NCBI GenBank assembly: GCA_045807845.1
Contig: JBJMGQ010000085.1
Coordinates: 1-51,490, forward strand
Length of the DNA: 51,490 nucleotides
Direction: 5' to 3'
Source: Pyrinomonadaceae bacterium
GTDB taxonomy: Bacteria; Acidobacteriota; Blastocatellia; Pyrinomonadales; Pyrinomonadaceae
The notes under the pieces are model-generated. The model searched no databases, had not been told where the DNA came from, and saw nothing but the letters and a program-made list of their open reading frames with translations. Shown here piece after piece: positions 48,114 to 51,490 of this stretch. The position numbers and the translations under genes were made by a program. How positions within the stretch are numbered: the stretch's first letter is position 1; the number at the start of each line of letters is the position of its first letter.

Positions 48114-48161
48114 GGGCGCGCTCGACAGGCGCGTGCGGGGGCATGTAAAATCTTCCGTTCC

Positions 48162-48614
48162 GTGATGAGCGAAGGCGCAGACAATGGGCGCCCGGCCGAG
48201 CCCGAGGACGCAGGCCCCGTAGGCGAAGCACCGCGCGAAGCCGTGAGGCGCATCTTCAGGGGAACGTTCGTCGCCGCGCTCATCGCCGTCGCCGCGAGCG
48301 TCTTCTTCGCCCCGTGGCGTGTGACGACGGGGCTGGCACTGGGCGGTGTGCTCGCGCTCTTCAACCAGCACTGGCTCCGCACTTCGGTCGAAGCGGTCTT
48401 CGAGGACGCTACTTCAGTTCAGCCGCCTAAATGGAGGGCCGCGCGCTACGTCCTGCGCTATCTGGTCGTCGCGGTCGTAGTCTTCCTAGCCTTCCAAGCG
48501 GGTCTGGTCTCACTCGTCGCGACGCTCGCGGGGATGTGCGCCGTCGTTGCGGGGCTTTTAGCGGAAGGGTTCAGGCAGTTCTACTTCGCCATCGTCAGTC
48601 GGGAGGAAACCTAG
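48162..48614 (+). CDS. atpI: ATP synthase protein I-like membrane protein
   Basis: 150 aa with four hydrophobic segments, immediately upstream of atpB. Assigned by position and topology. Confidence 0.55.
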   Translation: MMSEGADNGRPAEPEDAGPVGEAPREAVRRIFRGTFVAALIAVAASVFFAPWRVTTGLALGGVLALFNQHWLRTSVEAVFEDATSVQPPKWRAARYVLRYLVVAVVVFLAFQAGLVSLVATLAGMCAVVAGLLAEGFRQFYFAIVSREET

Positions 48615-48617
48615 TCG

Positions 48618-49616
48618 ATGTTCTTTCAGCACGCCGAGCAAGGGGCCACACAGGCGGCCGAGCACGCTGCGCCCGCGGCCGACCACGGCGCCGCCGCGAC
48701 CGAGCACGCCGCGGCCGGGGCGGAGCACCACGTCCCCCTCATCGTCGAGAAGCTCAACCAACTCGTCGGCGAGCCGGTGCATCAGTTTCAGGTTCACTAC
48801 ACGAAGCCGCTCTGGGATAAGTTCTTCCACTTCTTCGGCACGACGGCCGAGTCGGTCTTCGGCCCTTACACGCCCGAGAACGCGGTGCCGTGGTACACGG
48901 TGATGTTCGTGCTGGCGGCGCTCTTCACGGTGCTGCTCGTCCTCCTCTTGAAGCCTCGCAAACTGTCGGTTGAGGAGCCGGGCTTTGCACAGTTGACGCT
49001 GGAGACGGGCGTGCTGGCCGTGCGCGACCTGCTGGTCGATAACGTCGGGCCGCACGGCATGAAGTATCTCCCCGTCATCGGCACCTTCGGCATTCTCATT
49101 CTCATCTCGAATTTGATGGGGCTCATTCCCGGGCTGATGTCACCGACGGCCTCGACCTCCGTGACGTTCGCGCTCGGCATCTCTTCGTTCGTCTACTACA
49201 ACGCCATCGGCATCAGGGAGAATGGGCTGGTCGGACACCTCAAACACTTCATGGGGCCGATCATCTGGCTCGCGCCGTTGATGTTTATCATCGAGCTGAT
49301 CAGTAATCTCGTCCGCCCGATGTCGCTCGGCATTCGTCTGTTCGGCAACCTCTTCGGCGACGAGCAGATTCTCGGCACCATCTCGAATCTCGCGCCGTGG
49401 ACGAAGTGGGGGCTGCCGGTCTTAATCATGCCGCTCAGTCTCTTCGTCGCCTTCATGCAGACCTTCATCTTCGTGCTGCTGTCGATTCTCTACATCAGCG
49501 AAGTCTCGCACCACCACGACGAGCACGAGCACGGCCACGAGACGGGCGGCCACGATCACTCGCATGACTTGACGACCGACGCGGGCGGCGTGATGACGCT
49601 GCCGTCGCACACATAA
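48618..49616 (+). CDS. atpB: F0F1 ATP synthase subunit a, with N-terminal Ala-rich and C-terminal His-rich extensions
   Basis: Essential Arg motif LGIRLFGNLFGDE. The C-terminal tail is HHHDEHEHGHETGGHDHSHD. Confidence 0.92.
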   Translation: MFFQHAEQGATQAAEHAAPAADHGAAATEHAAAGAEHHVPLIVEKLNQLVGEPVHQFQVHYTKPLWDKFFHFFGTTAESVFGPYTPENAVPWYTVMFVLAALFTVLLVLLLKPRKLSVEEPGFAQLTLETGVLAVRDLLVDNVGPHGMKYLPVIGTFGILILISNLMGLIPGLMSPTASTSVTFALGISSFVYYNAIGIRENGLVGHLKHFMGPIIWLAPLMFIIELISNLVRPMSLGIRLFGNLFGDEQILGTISNLAPWTKWGLPVLIMPLSLFVAFMQTFIFVLLSILYISEVSHHHDEHEHGHETGGHDHSHDLTTDAGGVMTLPSHT

Positions 49617-49941
49617 GATTTTGCGGCTTTATCTTTCGGCTTAACAAAGCAGGCGTCCGTTGGGGCGGCGAGCGCGTTCGAGCGCACGCACGTCGGGGCG
49701 CGAAGATTAAATAGACGGCTCGGGGAAGAGCTGAAGTCGAGAACGTTCGAGGGTGGCGCGAGGTTGTCGGGCTCGTCAGAGTTTGTGAGAGCCCGGGGCG
49801 TGCCAAGATCGCTGGAGCGCCGTTGTAAGAGGGGCGGCGGATACCGGATTGAGGCGAAATTATAGAAGCGCGCCGCGCCGAGACGTTCTCCTCGACCTTA
49901 AAGCTCCAAAGGCCCGGGCCCGCAGTCACAGGAGAAAACAG

Positions 49942-50256
49942 ATGCAGAAACTGAGAATGGTCTTCTTCGCCGTCGTGGGCGTGCTCGCAATGGCGGCGCC
50001 GACTTTGGCGCAGACCGCGGCGGCCGACAATGTCGAGTCGGTCAACAAGTATAAGGCGATAGCGGCGGGGCTCGGCTTCGCGCTGGCGGCAGCGCTTGCG
50101 GCCATCGGCCAGTCGCGCGTCGCGGCGGCGGCGGCCGAGGGCGTAGCTCGTAACCCGGGCGCCGGTGCGCGCATCCAGACGTTGATGATTCTCGGCCTCG
50201 TCTTCATCGAGACGCTGGTGCTCTTCACGCTCGTCATCGTCTTCGCCAAGCTGTAA
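49942..50256 (+). CDS. atpE: F0F1 ATP synthase subunit c with a signal-peptide-like N-terminal extension
   Basis: AGGAG 7 nt upstream of the ATG at 49942. Core: AIGQSRVAAAAAEGVARNPGA..LGLVFIETLVLFTLVIVF (loop RNP, carboxylate E). About 30 extra N-terminal residues, MQKLRMVFFAVVGVLAMAAPTLAQTAAA. Confidence 0.88.
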   Translation: MQKLRMVFFAVVGVLAMAAPTLAQTAAADNVESVNKYKAIAAGLGFALAAALAAIGQSRVAAAAAEGVARNPGAGARIQTLMILGLVFIETLVLFTLVIVFAKL

Positions 50257-50279
50257 CCCGCGGACACGATGCAGACACA

Positions 50280-50328
50280 GAGAGCGGGCGCGCCTCTTAA
50301 ACGAGTGCGCGCCCGCTCTCCTTTTTTC
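50280..50328 (+). terminator. rho-independent terminator after atpE
   Basis: GAGAGCGGGCGCGC (50280-50293) pairs with GCGCGCCCGCTCTC (50307-50320), followed by CTTTTTTC. Confidence 0.85.
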
Positions 50329-50335
50329 AACTCCT

Positions 50336-51490
50336 TCAACTCTTCTTCCGCGCGGCGTGTGCTGCACGAATGATAGGGTCGATGGTCGGCGCGAAGGGCG
50401 GAGCATAGGCGAGGTCGAGTCGTTCCACCTCGTCAACTTTGAGCCCTGCATGGAGCGCGGCGGCGAAGACGTTGATGCGCTGCGCGACGCCCTCGCGCCC
50501 GACCATGTGCGCGCCGAGCAGACGGCCTCGGGCGTCCACGACGACCCGCGTCTGAATCCGCGACCCGCCGGGGTAGTAGCCCGCGCGCGTGTGTGACTCG
50601 CTCTCGACTTCCGACGCATCGAAGCCCGCGTCAAGAGCCTCTTCCAATGAAAGTCCCGTGCGCGCGACTTCCAGACCGAAGACCTTGACGGCGTTCGTGC
50701 CGACGATGCCCGCGTAACGCGCCTCGGGGGAAGAGTCGCGCCCAGCGGCGTTGGCGCCCGCAACCCAGCCCTGTCTGACGGCGGGCTGACCCAGAGGGTG
50801 CCACACGCGCTTGCCCGAGACGATGTTGAGCACCTCGCAGCAGTCGCCCGCGGCGTAGACGCCGGGTGCAGTCGTCCGCTGCCGCTCGTCCGTAAGGACG
50901 GCGCCGCTCTCTCCGACCTCAAGCCCTGCCGCCAAGGCCAACGCAACCTCCGGCCGCACGCCGACGCCGATTGAGACCACGTCCGCTTCCAACGCACGCC
51001 CCGACTCCGTCAACACACGCTCGACGCGACCCCGCGCACCCTCGAAGGCACCCGCGCGCTCTCCGAACAGGACTTCGACACCGCACGCGCGCAGCTCGTC
51101 CGCGACCGCGTCGCGCACGCCCCCCGACAGCACGCCCATCACCTTGTCCGAAGCTTCGACGAGCGTCGTGCTCAAGCCGCGCGCACGAAACGCCTCGGCC
51201 ATCTCAAGCCCGATGTAGCCCGCGCCGACGACTACGCCCCGGCGCGGCCGTGCCTCTTCGAAGTAGCGCAGCATGCGCCGCCCGTCGCGCATGTGGCGCA
51301 GCACGAAGATGCCTTCGAGGTCGTGCCCCGGAAGCGGCGGGCAGACGGCGGCTGCGCCGGTCGCCAGCACGAGCGAGTCGTAACCGACCTCGCGCACGCC
51401 CTCACGTTCGCGCACACGCACGACGGACTTCGAGGGAAGCAGCTCGACGGCCTCGCAGTTGAGTCTGACTTCAATCGAGTGTTGCTCGCG
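50336..51490 (-). CDS. FAD-dependent pyridine nucleotide-disulfide oxidoreductase (NADH oxidase / CoA-disulfide reductase-like), 5'-truncated by the window edge
   Basis: YDSLVLATGA, VVVGAGYIGLEMAE (NAD GxGxxG), GVYAAGDC. The frame stays open upstream of the listed start to position 51490 (..REQHSIEVRLNCEAVELLPSKSVV..). Confidence 0.85.
   Translation of the reverse strand, partial: REQHSIEVRLNCEAVELLPSKSVVRVREREGVREVGYDSLVLATGAAAVCPPLPGHDLEGIFVLRHMRDGRRMLRYFEEARPRRGVVVGAGYIGLEMAEAFRARGLSTTLVEASDKVMGVLSGGVRDAVADELRACGVEVLFGERAGAFEGARGRVERVLTESGRALEADVVSIGVGVRPEVALALAAGLEVGESGAVLTDERQRTTAPGVYAAGDCCEVLNIVSGKRVWHPLGQPAVRQGWVAGANAAGRDSSPEARYAGIVGTNAVKVFGLEVARTGLSLEEALDAGFDASEVESESHTRAGYYPGGSRIQTRVVVDARGRLLGAHMVGREGVAQRINVFAAALHAGLKVDEVERLDLAYAPPFAPTIDPIIRAAHAARKKS

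Noticed and set aside
49942-50256. Na+-specific c-subunit signature.
   Set aside because: The Gln in helix 1 (IGQS) and the E-T in helix 2 are present. However, the following Thr/Tyr positions of the I. tartaricus-type site read L and F, and H+-coupled c subunits can also carry the Gln. Ion specificity cannot be inferred.

Overview
GC-rich bacterial chromosomal segment. The gene content (an 11-subunit-type nuo cluster, many low-complexity extensions, an ECF sigma/anti-sigma pair) suggests a non-enteric lineage, possibly Acidobacteriota-like, but this cannot be verified without a database search. I support about 52 protein-coding genes. Housekeeping genes: rpoD, accA, lepB, carB, moaB/mog-like, prfA, rpmE and a YihY-family protein. 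Respiratory genes: nuoA-B, then nuoC-D-H-I-J-K-L-M-N, and a partial F0 ATP synthase operon (atpZ-I-B-E). Signalling genes: two class III cyclase-domain proteins, a CheY-like regulator and an ECF sigma/anti-sigma pair. There is one IS1-family insertion sequence with an intact A7 frameshift site. A translationally coupled SDR / GT21-like glycosyltransferase / radical SAM-SPASM trio sits downstream of nuoN. No rRNA, tRNA or CRISPR array was seen by eye. The most unusual content is non-coding. At least four families of hairpin-forming intergenic elements are built from tandem heptanucleotide units. One family, (GTTTTCA)n..(TGAAAAC)n, fills four intercistronic spacers of the nuo cluster and ends exactly at the start codons of nuoB, a cupin gene, nuoJ and nuoL. 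A separate ~265-bp tract of degenerate 21-bp repeats lies upstream of rpoD. The nuo cluster has no nuoEFG in this window. It carries three embedded non-nuo genes: an AllA-family cupin exactly at the EFG position, an 82-aa ORF, and a secreted PPC-like protein. It is also split by an oppositely oriented rpmE-DUF1385-prfA block plus the IS1 element. All calls come from reading the sequence and the ORF translations. No searches or folding programs were run.
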